64,000 nucleotides of DNA from Stegostoma tigrinum (taxonomy: Eukaryota). The notes under the pieces were generated by a model, which was not told the origin of the DNA, did no database searches, and was given only the letters and a program-made list of their open reading frames with translations. This document shows, piece after piece, positions 1-12,760 of the stretch. The translations under genes and the position numbers were made by a program. How positions within the stretch are numbered: the stretch's first letter is position 1; each line of letters begins with the position of its first letter. Location: NCBI RefSeq assembly GCF_030684315.1, contig NC_081366.1, forward strand, positions 23,255,410-23,319,409. The letters run 5' to 3'.

Positions 1-43
1 TTGTTATCTCGGATTCTCCAGCATCTGCAGTTCCCATTATCTA
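1..43 (+). mobile_element. 3' terminus of a short Penelope-associated element, truncated by the window edge
   Basis: ttgttatctcggattctccagcatctgcagttcccattatct matches the ends of the copies at 42878-42920 and 63535-63576. Confidence 0.8.
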
Positions 44-949
44 TGAAACCTAGGTAGTTGACAACATTGGCATATTTTAAAGGATTAACAAGCCCCTTTA
101 TGAATATGTTGGACGACAGGTAAAATTGAGAGAATTAAAATAATGGATTTCATCAAAACATATAAAGCCTCTGAATATATTTAAGAAAAATATATACTTA
201 TAGACACTAAATTTGTCAAGAGGATGGTGATAGAGTGAAAGTCTGGCATTGAAATAGGCAATCAGCCATGGTCATATGAAATTGAATAGCAGACTTGATG
301 GGTTGAATGGCCTACTCCTGCTCATATCTTATGTTTCTTTATAACTCCTGACTGTTTTAATTGACTGGAATATTTATCAATTTCATTCTTCAATCCTGAT
401 AAAGTTGGAATTCACATTTCCTTCGTTAAGCACAAGGCTCAGTACATAGTTGCACATTTTCCTTCCTTCAGTTCCTGCTCGATGAAAATAACCTTACAAT
501 GCAGCTTTCTTCACATGTGATAGTGCTAAAAGTGATAAGCCCTGTAATCACAACTGGATTATGCTGGCTCCATGAATTGACAAAAATGGGCATACAGTGA
601 AACCATGTAGTTATCATGCTGTCTTTCAGTTTCTCTTTGGAATGTAAGTTCTATCCATAAAATGCTGCAATTAGGTTCCTGCTGCAAATAAAGCCAAACC
701 CTAAAATTAACCCTGAAGCCATGCTGAAATCAATCTATAAACTTGAATCCAACTGCAAAGTAAATTTCAGTCTGAAATTATGCTCATGGGCTGAATTTTC
801 TGCTGAGCCTGGAATAAATGCCCTTCCAGTATAAAAGTCAGTCTCGATCATCCCTCCACTCAATGGTTCACACCACAGCTTTCTATTGGCTCTGAGGCCA
901 TTGGTATGCCATTTCTGTCACTGAGAAAAATCTGATGAATCAAAGGGGA

Positions 950-1300
950 TAGTATGTTGGCTAAGTGGTTAGCACTGCTGCCTCACAGTGACAGGGACCT
1001 AGGTTCAATTCCAGCCTCAAGTGACTTTTTGCACATTCTTCCCTTGTTTGCATGGGTTTCCTCCAGGTGATCTGTTTTCCTCCTACAGTCCAAAGATGTA
1101 CAGATTAGGTGGATTGACCGTTTTAAATTGTCCTGCAGTGTTTGGGGATGTGCAGGTAAATACGTATTAGCCATGGTAAGTACAAAGTTATGGGGATATG
1201 GTGGTGGGGTTGGGTATGGATGGGATGTTGGTTGGAGGATTGGTGCAGACTAAATAGGCTAAGTGATCTCTTTCCATATTGTAGGGATTTCATGATTCTA
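950..1300 (+). mobile_element. tRNA-derived SINE (HE1-like), diverged
   Basis: tRNA-like head with A box (tggctaagtggttagc) and B box (ggttcaattcc); body similar to the copy at 10491-10804. Confidence 0.75.
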
Positions 1301-2579
1301 AATGACAGTAGGTCTCTTGTGCTGGCAGTACTTTGGGAGTGGACTGATCAGCAATGGAATCCAGATTGTGAGATGAAAATGTGTGCTGCATAAGGCTGAA
1401 GATAACAGGAACTGATAAGAGGTTTTATAATGGCTTTTACGTGTGTGGAATTACACTGAATCATTCAGGTCTGCTAATAGCTAAGATTACAGAAATGTTT
1501 GTGTTAGTTACAGAATCCAGGGTGGTGAAACATAATATTTAGAATTAAAAGTGTGTGTTATTTGTTTAAGTACTTAAGAAACGAGTTGAGTTTTATTGAG
1601 CTCTAAGTATCTCTGCTGTATCTTTGTCTATGTACATACTGTTGTCTCTCAGAGACTGGCAACAGGGCTTTTGCCTCTGGATCGGGGTGATGCATAAAGG
1701 AGTGGGGCAGAGTTTGACAAACCCTCTGGGATGGGGAGTTCAAGTGGAGGGGTTCACACCCTGAGATAGGATGGCAGAAGGTCTCTGACAGACACATAAG
1801 GTTGTAATTGAGGCAGACACTTCTGCCAGCCAAAACTATCACATCTAATGTTGCAGGCTGATTGCCTGTCCGATCTCTGGTTAAATATGACTGCCAGTGC
1901 AGAATGCCCTTAGTCATTAGTTGACTACTTATGCCATACAATTAGCTTGTAGACGAATGCTCTGCTCAGTAACTCCCCTGTCACTGGTAAAGTGTTGTGT
2001 AGAAATAAAGGGTATTTGGCCATTGTATTGCTTCTGTGGTACTGAGCTGCTATCCTGCCCTGAGAAGTCGATACATTTGCAAGCCAAAATTCCAGTAAGA
2101 TTTGAAACAGAAACTGTGCTTTCTAAAATAATGTGGCAAAAGTCTACTTCAAAATCACTCATTCCCCTCAGACTTGTAGCAATTTAGGGAGGAATTGCCT
2201 ATGCCCACTCCGACCTCTCCAGATCAGAGATACACAAACAATATTTTTGACCCCTTTCTACATCTCCTGAGGTTCATTCTCCTCCAATACCCAGTTCCCA
2301 GGGGCATTCTTTGCTGGCCAATTCCTCCCCCCAACTTCAAACTGTCTTCTCCATTTCCTGAGTACACTAACTGCTGCCTTGAATAGTCTCAGTTTTACAA
2401 GTTCCAGTTTGAACCACTGCATTGTAGCAAGAAATGTCTTTCTCATAGGTTAGACTAGAAGACATAGGAACAGAATAAGGCCATTCAGTCCATTGAGTTT
2501 TCTCTGCCATTCAATCAATCATTTCTCAGTTACCGTACAGAATTTAACTCTGAGGGTATCTCTAAGCTTGGAAACTCTA

Positions 2580-3025
2580 TAGCCTTTTGGACTTAATATT
2601 GAGTTCAACAATTTTAGGGCATGAGGCACCATTATCCATATCCTTGTTCCAACCATCCCACACCAGGCATTGTTATCACAATGTCTGTTGTAGTACACAG
2701 CCCATTGTTAGCCACTAATTGTCCCCATTAGTAGCTATTTATTCTCCTAGGCTGACCATTATCCACTCCTTTGTCTGTCCAACTGTTCTTCTTTCTCTTG
2801 GGCTCTATCTCCACCTATAATTTACTCCTTAACCGCTCCCCCCACCTTTCCTCAACATAAAATCAACTTTTTCCTAGCTACCATCAGTTCTAAGGAAGAG
2901 TCACTGGTTCTGAAACGTTAACTCTGATTTCTCTCCACAGATATTGCCAGACTTGCTGAATTTTTCCAGCAATTTCTATTCTGTTTTTGATTTCCAGCAC
3001 CCATCGTTCTTTCAGCTTTTATTTA
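2580..3025 (+). mobile_element. Penelope-like element 3' tail with a degenerate hammerhead motif
   Basis: Colinear with 47200-47530; contains ctaaggaagagtcactggttctgaaacgtt at ~2890-2919, a decayed CTGANGA...GAAAC core. Confidence 0.6.
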
Positions 3026-3299
3026 GTATTTAACTCATTGCCTCATCTCGCCTAGGCATACCCATCCTGAAGTTCTGATTTTCTCTCCAACAGGATTTCC
3101 ATTCCTTTATTTTTGCTTAAAATGAATTGAAATCTCTAACATTCCTCTTACTTGAGGTATCTGATGGGAGGTAATTTATTCCCAATTTTGGATTTTTAAT
3201 GGTAGCTGCAGACTGTATACAAAGGCACTCACAGCAGAGGGAAAGGTTACCGGACTATAGTAAGCCAGCTAATAAAGTAGGGGTCCAATTGCATTTCAT

Positions 3300-5350
3300 C
3301 AAACATCCCCCTTATCATAAAGCAATGAAATAAATTCACACACTATCATATTCATTTACAAGTTGTGCAAGTTAGTCAATATCCATGATCACAAAGACAA
3401 TTATTTTCTCGATCAGACTATGTATTAAGTCTAAGTAACTCCACTACTGTCAGTTTCTGCACATGCACTGCATACATAGCCTTTAAATCGTGCAAGAATC
3501 CTAATATGTATGCATTTCCATTTGTCATTTCTTTGGTATCTGCTTGTTCCTACATTGAGGTTCCTTCTCCACAGAGTGTTGTTCTATTCTCTGTGCCTGT
3601 GGTGAGATAACATCTTCCTCATCAGTTGTCTGCATTGAAAGCACAGACATGCTCAAACATGGCACCTAGGGTTGTGATGATATATCCTGTCATTCACTGT
3701 GTACGATTGAGGTGACAATTGCTCTGATGGCTGACTTGTTGAGAGTGTTGAATGTTTGCACTTTGATTGTCAGAGATAAGCATTGGAAAGCCAATAACCT
3801 GGCAGTTCTACAAAAGGGAACTTTTGTTTTCTGCCATTTCACGTGATTTGTTGCTTATGCTTGTTGGTACCTTAGAATTCATCCCTTTTCTCTTTCACTA
3901 TTGGAAGAGAAGACTGGGGATGAAATAATGTGTTGAGTTTCCCAATCTTTTTTAATGTAACTAATTCTAAACTCATGATTTGAGAACCATAGCCATTCAT
4001 CACAATCTGCAGAATGTTATAATGACTGGAGTGTGCTTTCAGCTGTTCCACCATGTCTTTCATAATCATTGACATCAGCTGGTCCAACTCCCAGTAGTCG
4101 CGATAATGGTTGACAAAGACAAGATGATCAGTTCCTATCAGAGTGAAGAGATGCACTCCAAGCTTCATTCATCATCTGTTTAGGATATTGTATGTCGCAG
4201 GAACAAGCAAATCTAGAAATCCAGACCAGCAGTGGGCTATTTGGCCCTTTGAACCTGTTCAACCATTCAATCTGACCATAGCTGATGCTCTAACTCAATG
4301 TCAAAATTTTATCTACTCCCATAGCCCTTGACACTTCAAAAAAATCGAAAAAAAATGTTTTCTAAAATATATTCAATGATTTAGCCTCCATAGGTGCACT
4401 ACCCTTTGGGTCATAGAGTTATACAACATGGAAATGGACTTGTCCCTGCCGACCAGATATCCTAAAATAATCTATTCCCATCTTCCAGCAATTGACCCAT
4501 AACCCTCTAAACCCTTCCTATTCATTTATCCATCCAGATGCCTTATAATTGTTGTAATTATACCAACCTCCACCACTTCCTCTGGCAGTTCATTCCATAC
4601 ACGCACCACCCTCTGCATGAAAAGTTAGCCCTTCGGTCCCTTTTAAATCTTCCCCCTCTCACCTTAAACTCATACTTTTTAGTTTTGGACTCTCCTATCC
4701 TGGGAAAAGACCCAAGCTATTCATCCTGTCCATGCCGCTCATGATTTTAAATGTCTCTATAATGTCACCCCTCGGCCTCCAACGCTCCAGAAAAAATAGC
4801 CTCAGCGTTTTCAGCTTCGCTTCATAGCTCAAACCGTCCAATCCTGGTAATGTCCTTGTAAATCTTGTCTGAAACGTTTCAAGTTTTACAACATCCTTCC
4901 TATAGCAGGGGGACGAGCAGTGATGAAATGTTTCCTCATCTCAGAGTAATAGGTCGACCACAAGACTGTGTCATAAATAGCTCTGTACCTTTGCATGTGT
5001 CACAAGCACTACACTGGCTGATGGTCCTTAATCTTATTACTCATATTTGAACAGTAGAGCACTTCATTTGACTTGATCAGACTAGACTCAATTTGTTGAT
5101 GGTTTGCATCGATGTGTTTCCATATCTCTTTTATTTTTTCCTTGGGGACAATGACTCTATTTCTTTTACATAAGATGGCATCATTTCCTCTCCATCTGTC
5201 TAATTGCAATAAGCATGTCTTTGTTTTTTTCTTTTCTGGTCACCCTTCATTATTGCTTCCTGCAAACATTAAAGAGTTACATCTTTATTTTCAGAATTTT
5301 CTTGATTTGATACTTACTTTCATATTCAATGTTACTACAGTTTCCAGATC
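3300..5350 (-). mobile_element. Gypsy/Ty3 LTR retrotransposon integrase relic, interrupted by CR1 fragments
   Basis: ORF 5009-5209 (DAILCKRNRVIVPK..IWKHIDANHQQIE...EVLY..M...IKDH) resembles the integrase H2C2 zinc-binding region. ORF 3872-4168 (LFTLIGTDHLVFVNHYRDYWELD...LKAH...HPQS) resembles the integrase core. Frameshifted; boundaries approximate. Confidence 0.75.
4410..4910 (-). mobile_element. CR1-clade LINE 3' fragment
   Basis: Colinear with the copies at 20740-21215, 41335-42240, 48690-49490 and 52060-52655. Confidence 0.8.
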
Positions 5351-5389
5351 AGGTGAAGTTCTTGCTTCCATTGAACGCATATGCACTAC

Positions 5390-6120
5390 TATGCCATGGT
5401 ATTTTAAGTGTTCATCCAGACTTTTGTTAAATGTTGCAATATTACCTGCCTCCACCAACCTCCCCAGTAGCACGTTCCATATTTCTACCACCCTCTGGTA
5501 AAGGAAACTTTTTCTCAGATCCCCTGTAAACTATTTACTCTTCACCTAAAAGTTATACCTTCTGGCATTAGACATATCTGCCAAGGAGAAAGGTTTATCA
5601 GGATCTACCTTATCTATGCCTCTCGTAACTTTGTATAGCTCAGTCAGATCCCTCCAAGCCTCCACTGCTCCAGGGAAAACAAACCCCGCCTTTCCTGTCT
5701 CTCTTCATAACCAATGCTCTATAAAGTTGCAACAAATTTTCCCTGTTCCTATATTCCATGCCCTGGCTAATGAAGGCAAGCATTTCGTATTCCTTCTTTA
5801 CCACCCTATCTACCTGTACTGACATCTTCAGGGATCTATGGACTTATACACCAACGTCCCTTTGTTCCTCAGTACACTCTAGGGACCTACAATTTATTGT
5901 GTAAATCCTTCCCTATTAGACCTCCTAAAGTACATCACCTCACGCTTATTAGGGTTATATTCCATCTGTAAATGATCTGCCCAATTTACCAGCTGATCAA
6001 TGTCCAACTGTAGCCTGACACCATTCTCCTCACTATCAACAAGACCACCAATATGCATGTCATCTGCAAACATACTGATTATATCTTTGCATTCACATCC
6101 CAGTCATTAATATTCATAAC
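5390..6120 (-). mobile_element. CR1-clade LINE 3' fragment (RT C-terminus)
   Basis: Minus-strand translation QVDRVVKKEYEMLAFISQGMEYRNRENLLQLYRALV; FADD-motif codons near 6060. Confidence 0.8.
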
Positions 6121-6549
6121 TGGACATGTCCAATCCCAGAATGAAATCTGGCTTGACAGATTATAAATTTTATTTTTGCAACTTATTTGGTTACCCTGTT
6201 GGTCAATCACTAAACATATTCACATAAAGCTGTCAATGTACTTTTAATATCAGAATATTAATACCTATTACAGAAAATATTTTTTAAAATGCTATGCCTG
6301 TATGAAAATGTAGACAAGATCTTAACATAAATAGCAAAAAGAAAGATTCAAACATTTTCCTGTCAACATCCTTTTCAGATGTTCAATCACAAATATCATT
6401 CCTATCTTCAATTTTTAAATTCCCACTCAAATGCTTCTTTTCAGTCTGTTTCTTTGGGCTGCAAATACCATTTTAATTTGCTTTCCAACACGCAAAGCCT
6501 GGCAACTTCTGCAAAGTCTCACAGCTTAGAGATTGCTGCAAACTAAAAA

Positions 6550-7500
6550 TTGTCTATTTGTTCTGCCTTCAGAAAGCAAGATATGAATAATGTACCAGAA
6601 ATGAACATAGGGTTTAGTGTGAGGGAGGAACTGAAGCAAAATTGTATTTGTAGGGAAATGATATCAGAGGAAGTGATAAAGTTGAAGGCTAATATAACTC
6701 CAAAGCTTGATAATCTACATTTCAGCATACTTTAAGAAGTGGCCCTAAAAATATTGGATGAATTGGTGGTCATCTTCCAAGATCCTTTAGACTCTGGAAG
6801 AGTTCCGACAGATTGAAGAGCTGCTAATGTATCCTCACTATTTAAAAAGGGAGAGAGAGGGAAAACAGGAAATAATACACCAATGATGCTGATATTGATA
6901 GTGAGTAAGATGCTAGAGTCCATTATCACGGATTTTATAATAGAGCACTTAGAAAACAATGGAATCATCAGACAATCAGCATGGAATTATAAAAGAAAAA
7001 TCATGCTTGACAAAACTACTAGAATTCTTAGAGTTGATCGGGGTGTACCGCTCAATGTAATTTATTTGGACTTTCAGAGATCTTTCTACAAAGTCCTGAT
7101 TAAGGGATGTAAAGTTAAAGCACATGGGATTGGAATTAATATATTGGGGATAGATAGAAAATTGGTTAGCTGACAGGAAACAAGGAGTAGGAATAAATGG
7201 ATCATTTTCTGAATTGTAGGCAATGATTAGTGAGTAACACGGGGATCAGTACTAGGACCCCAGCTATTCACAAATTTATATATATATATATATATTTTCA
7301 TGCTTAGGATGGGGAATAAACATAACATCTCAAAATTTGCAGATGACTCAAAGCTGGGTGGAAGGGTGAATTTTGCAGAGATGTTTCAGTGTCTTTTGAA
7401 ATGGGTGAATAAATAAATGCATGGCAGGTGCAGTATAATGTGAATGTGGATAAATGTGAGGCTATCCAATTTGGTAGCAAAAGTAGGAAGGCAGATTATT
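6550..7500 (+). mobile_element. CR1-clade LINE ORF2 (reverse transcriptase) fragment, decayed
   Basis: Translations include VSKMLESII, VIYLDFQRSFYKV, GSVLGPQLF and KFADDSKLG; stops and frameshifts present. Confidence 0.85.
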
Positions 7501-8240
7501 ATTACTTCCCTTTCTTTTGAGTGATGTCCTCGATAATATTTACATCATGTTCTTTGTTATGGAGGGCAATTGGCCTGAAAGGGTCAACTCTGGAGCCTCT
7601 GTATAGTCCATCAGGATATAAATGACTCTTGCTCAGAGGAAACTAGCCAGTTCTAAATTCTGTTGCCAGTATCCCTGTCTCAGGCTTGCTGCAGTGCTCT
7701 AGTGAAGCTCAGTGGAAGCTGGAAGAACAACACCTCATTTTCCACTTGGGGGACCCTGCAGCCTTCAGGACTCAATATCGAGTTCAATGACTTTAGGGCT
7801 TGAACATTCCTATGTCCTAGACCCCAACTCCAACACACCAGACCTTGTAACGACATATGATCAGGTTTTTTTAAATTATGTACCGATTTTATAGATTTTC
7901 CGCTGAAAGTGGAAGAAATTCCAATTAGGTATCATATCTCATTTCATTTCCACCACAGTAACAAATGGAAAATGTCCATCCATTTTGACATGCCCAGTAT
8001 TTCTAAGGTGCAGACCTGTTTTATTTCTTGCTTTCATAGCTGCCACAAATTGCACACAAAGATGCCTAAGGTTGAGGTCACATGACAATAGCAAAATCTG
8101 CCAGTGGATTGAGAACATAGCTGCATTCCACCAATCATAACTCACTGGCATAAGGAAAAGGAAGACATATGTTTATTTCAATTTTCACACTCCAAAACAT
8201 CATTGAATTTGAATAACTTTCAGACAATAGATTTTTGTAT

Positions 8241-8246
8241 TTTATT
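8241..8246 (-). terminator. LEAP2: Candidate polyadenylation signal (AATAAA) of LEAP2
   Basis: tttatt on + at 8241-8246, about 200 nt past the stop codon. Confidence 0.5.
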
Positions 8247-8445
8247 CAAGCTAAATTTGTTGTTTATACAAAAAAGTACATTAAAATTCACTTGCAGTCA
8301 ACATTGTACACAATACATTTACTGGAGAACATTGGTTATCAATTAATTTACACAGCAAGATTGGGCATAAATAATTTACATAAATACAATGGTCAAAGTG
8401 GTCTATATTACATCTGTGATTCTTTACAAACACGTTGTTTGAATT

Positions 8446-8482
8446 TCATACTTCATAGACAGTCAAGCTGCAGCGCTTCTTT
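8446..8482 (-). CDS. LEAP2: Liver-expressed antimicrobial peptide 2, exon 3 ((R)KKRCSLTVYEV*)
   Basis: Acceptor tcttgcAG at 8483-8484; 37 nt, phase matches exon 2; parallels human RKRRCSLSVAQE; TGA at 8446-8448. Confidence 0.93.
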
Positions 8483-9036
8483 CTGCAAGAATAAGATAAT
8501 TCTTGGATTATCATAAAGAATAAAATAGAAATTATTTGCATGATAGTCCAATGCGGTGTTTTCTAATTTATTTAAAGCACTTTGAAGGATTGCATCATCA
8601 TCATAATGCCTATCACCATTTACTATATGAAAAAAGGTGCTTATACAATTATTGGGTGTTTGAGATTTCATTTTTTTTTATTTTTGGTTTATTACATTTT
8701 CACATATACAATATATCTGAATTTTGACTGTCGCAAAAACTGCTGTTTCCTGCATTTGATGTCTATAAAGGGTGCAATTTATGATTTTGGCAAAGACTAA
8801 ATTCTTCTTTCGATTCCTCTTATTTAAACAGATTATTTACAATATGTTGAATCCGCAGATGGGTTTTCTTCGATAAATCAATAGCACGCTCAAGTTTAAA
8901 TGTTCAGAGACACAACTAAGATTATTGACAATTAATTATTTTTGGTTAACTTCATAAGCCCCTTCTAGTCAGACCATAACTGAAAAACTGGCCTTGAAAA
9001 TCTTTGTATTATTTTGTCACGATTTTCCCTATTTAC

Positions 9037-9176
9037 CTGCAATATTTTGAGCTACACTCCTCATTGCTCCTGCAAGAGGAGCCAAGGGGCCTGGAAGTGA
9101 TCCACCTCCAGAGAGGAGTCATTCTTCGGACTCTCTGAAGCACAGTCTCCATTGTCCCAATAGCAGCGCAGTCAGC
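9037..9176 (-). CDS. LEAP2: Liver-expressed antimicrobial peptide 2, exon 2 (ADCAAIGTMETVLQRVRR|MTPLWRWITSRPLGSSCRSNEECSSKYC-R)
   Basis: Acceptor cttctcatAG, donor GTaaat; 140 nt. Furin site RVRR is followed by MTPLWR and LEAP2 cysteine spacing C-x5-C-x4-C-x4-C. With exon 3 the mature peptide is 40 aa. Not in the ORF track. Confidence 0.96.
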
Positions 9177-9921
9177 CTATGAGAAGAGGCAGAATTACAT
9201 TATTAATACTGTCACTACAATCATCCACTAGCTTAGACATTACAATATTACATCCAGTGTGGCTCAAAGCAGTCATAAATCAGTTGCTGTTAAATGTTTC
9301 TATTATCTTTCTCTCTTCTATCTTTTGTGAGCACCAGCTTACATACTTTCCTGCATATTCAAACTGCAATATTAGTAACAGCCAGGCAATACACAAGGGA
9401 GTTTTGGATTGTTCTAGCAATAGCTGCCACAAACACAATCAGCTGAGTAGTTACTTAGTACTCAGTAGCTCAGTAGTCATTAATAATGTTTTAGTAGATA
9501 CTTTTCTCATAAACTAGCTGTAAAGTATCTTTGCTATCATTCAAAAGCTATTGTATCTCTTATCTTCTCATATATGAAGATAGACAATCAGATGTATGTG
9601 CTACAGATAAGAAAGGAATAAGTTAGGATTAACTTAAATATTTATAGATTTCAAAGTGAGATTTGTTGGTCCACTATCTCCATAATAATGTAAACCAAAG
9701 CTACTGACACTCTTATTTTATAGATTAAAGCCTATTTCTGACGACATTAAAATCTTGCATTGCTGAAATGTCATGCAAAATCTCAGGAAACAGGAGATAT
9801 TTTGCTACTGTTGCACAATTCGTAACTTTCTTTCAATAGAGTGCTGTAACAGAAAATGAATTAATATTTCACTACATAAACTCATGATCTCCTGCAATAT
9901 TGCAATTTCATACTTACATAC

Positions 9922-9987
9922 CTGTGTGTTCAAAACAGTTGAAGCTATGCAAATAGTTGCAAAGTATTTCATAAATTGAGCATTCAT
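9922..9987 (-). CDS. LEAP2: Liver-expressed antimicrobial peptide 2, exon 1, signal peptide (MNAQFMKYFATICIASTVLNTQ)
   Basis: ATG at 9985-9987; 66 nt ending CAG|GTATGT, phase 0 matching exon 2; hydrophobic stretch; TATA box ~80 nt upstream. Total precursor 80 aa. Confidence 0.88.
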
Positions 9988-10067
9988 TTCCACAGAGCAC
10001 TCTGTAATTGTTGTGCACTCAGAAAAATAGAAAACGGAAAACCTCTCCTGCAATGCTTTGCACCCTG

Positions 10068-10074
10068 TTTTATA
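10068..10074 (-). promoter_or_regulatory. LEAP2: TATA box of LEAP2
   Basis: Minus strand reads gccTATAAAAcaggg, ~80 nt upstream of the ATG. Confidence 0.75.
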
Positions 10075-10490
10075 GGCAGCTGCTTGGCACAGATGTTTAT
10101 TCTCTATTTACATATGGGTGATATTACTCATGAAGCAAAGATCAAATCCATGACGTTCATAATTTATCAGAGGCAGAAGACCAAAAAGATAGCAAGGACT
10201 CAAGTCTGGTCAGGGAAAGGAAAAAACAGTATTCAAGCACTTCCTGATTCTCAAATGTTTAAATAACATACAAAGGTTTAATTTTGTTATTCTGCGCTCC
10301 AAATGTGCCAGCAAAATGAATATCCTCAATCTACCATTACTAATTATATGAAAAACACAATGATCCATCCATATCCTGAAAATGTGGACTGAAGCACTGA
10401 GAACTTTAAAATTTCTTCTTTATCCCCAAAAATGACTGTTATAACTGATTTAAGGCTTGATAATCTATATTATTATATAATCTTGCTAAG

Positions 10491-10804
10491 ATTAGATTCC
10501 CTACAGTGTGGAAACAGGCCTTTCGGCCCAACAAGTCCATGCTGCCCCTTGAAACATCCCACCCAGACCCATCCCACTATAAACCCACACACCCCTGAAC
10601 ACTACGGGCAATTTAGCATGGCTAATCCGCCTAGCCTGCGCATCTTTGGACTGTGGGAGGAAACTGGAGCACCCGGAGGAAACCCACACGGACACGGGGA
10701 GAATGTGCAAACTCCACACAGACAGTTTCCTTAGGCTGGAATTGAACCTGGGCCCCTGGTGCTGTGAGGCTGCAGTGCTAACCACTGAGCCACCGTGCCA
10801 CCCC
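10491..10804 (-). mobile_element. tRNA-derived SINE (HE1-like), near full length
   Basis: Minus-strand head gggtggcacggtggctcagtggttagcactgc...ggttcaattcc with A and B boxes; LINE-like 3' tail (gggccgaaaggcctgtttcc). Confidence 0.85.
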
Positions 10805-11249
10805 TGCATTTCATTTTTCATTTTCATTTTTCACAGATGTCATTTTCATGGTCCTTCAAAGCATACTCACATCATATATGTATTTGTAAATTTTTAGTTT
10901 CCACACATGCCCAAACCCAAAATTTTCTCTCAACCTTGCACTTCAAAGCAAATTGCAGGACCTCATAGGCAATAAATCTTTTACATTGGGGAGAATATTT
11001 CACTATTTGATCACTACAGAACCTTATTACAGATGGATAGCTATTTTATTCTGATACATGTTTTTTTTTCTAATGAGAATTCAATGCTTTTGAACAAAAT
11101 GCTATACAATAATTTCTGGTAAGCATTCAATTAATATCTTCTTATGAAATCCTCGCTATTACTGTCTGTATAATCACATACAAGTATGATCAGTTTCAGT
11201 CCCTTTGCACATAATCAATATATTTTGAAATGTCGGGATAATATGTTAT

Positions 11250-12322
11250 AGAACATTTAACATAGAACATAGAACATTACAGCACAGTACAGGCCCTTCG
11301 GCCCTCGATGTTGTGCCGACCTGTCATACCGATCTCAAGCCCATCTAACCTACACTATTCCATGTACGTCCATATGCTTGTCCAATGACGATTTAAGTGT
11401 ACCTAAAGTTGGCGAATCTACTACCGTTGCAGGCAAAGTGTTCCATTCCCTTACTACTCTCTGAGTAAAGAAACCACCTCTGACATCTGTCCTATATCTT
11501 TCACCCCTCAATTTAAAGCTATGTCCCCTCATGCTCGCCGTCACCATCCTAGGAAAAAGGCTCTCCCTATCCACCCTGTCTAACCCTCTGATTATTTTAT
11601 ATGTTTCAATTAAATCACCTCTCAATCTTCTTCTCTCTCATGAAAACAGCCTCAAGTCTCTCAGCCTTTCCTCGTAAGACCTTCCCTCCATACCAGGCAA
11701 CATCCTAGTAAATCTCCTCTGCACCCTTTCCAAAGCTTCCACATCCTTCTTATAATGCGGTGACCAGAACTGTACACAATACTCCAAGAGCGGCCGCACC
11801 AGAGTTTTATACAGCTTCACGATAACCTCTCGGTTCCGGAACCCGATCCCTCTATTAATAAAAGCTAAAACACTGTATGCCTTCTTAACAGCCCTGTCAA
11901 CCTGGGTGGCAACTTTCAAGGATCTGTGTACATGGACACCAAGATCTCTCTGCTCATCTACACTGCTGAGAATCTTACCATTAGCCCTGTACTTTGCCTT
12001 CTGGTTACTCCTACCAAAGTGCATCACCTCACACTTGTCTGCATTAAACTCCATTTGCCACCTCTCAGCCCAGCTCTGCAGCTTATCTATGTCTCTCTGC
12101 AACCTACAGCATCCTTCGTCACTATCCACAACTCCACCGACCTTAGTGTCATCTGCAAATTTACTAACCCATCCTTCTAAGCCCTCATCCAGGTCATTTA
12201 TAAAAATGACAAACAGCAGTGGACCCAACACCGACCCTTGTGGTACACCGCTAGTAACTGGTCTCCAGGATGAACATTTCCCATCAACTACCACCCTCTG
12301 TCTTCTTTCAGCAAGCCAATTT
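11250..12322 (-). mobile_element. Young 5'-truncated CR1-clade LINE (RT C-terminal half, 3' UTR, short tandem tail)
   Basis: ORFs 11638-12402 (SGVPQGSVLGPLLF, KFADDTK, LVRPLLEYCVQFWSP) and 11350-11625 (RGDLIETYKI, FFTQRVV) are separated by one frameshift; catagaa repeats mark the 3' end. Confidence 0.95.
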
Positions 12323-12760
12323 CCATTGTGGTCATCCAACACAATAAACAATCTACCTTTTAGTGAATTTATTCCACTAAGGAATCTCTTCCAACAAACC
12401 AAACCTTCAATAAAATGAAGCTTCCTTGCCAGCTAAAATTGCTTTAGCCAAAGTATAACTTTAAGCTTTGAACTACCATGTCATGAATGCTGAACAGTAG
12501 AAGATGGCTATGCTTTGAATCATACCACTAACTCCAAGTAAAGCAGGACATTCCAGTCAAAATCTCAGCTTTAAGACTTGCCAATGTGATCTTGTTGCCA
12601 CAGGAGGAATACGTCAAACAGAAATCTACTAACATAGAATGTCTTTTTAACATCTTGTGTATAAAAAGAGTGGTTGCAGGTTGAGTTGCAGAAAAACAAT
12701 GGAGCTACTGTTATTTTAAAGTAGCATATAAATCTTTGTTCTAATGACCAATATTCTTTA

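Noticed and set aside
1-8200. AFF4 terminal exons, expected next to LEAP2 from human synteny
   Set aside because: No AFF4-like coding sequence recognised; the interval is mostly repeats. The gene may lie outside the window.
10730-10804. Possible tRNA genes (also ~955-1015, 30630-30690, 49600-49680, 62460-62520)
   Set aside because: A and B boxes are present but there is no complete cloverleaf, and most continue into SINE bodies; these are SINE heads.
11906-12418. 170-aa plus-strand ORF and similar antisense ORFs over LINE and Penelope copies
   Set aside because: Antisense shadows of RT coding sequence, not independent genes.
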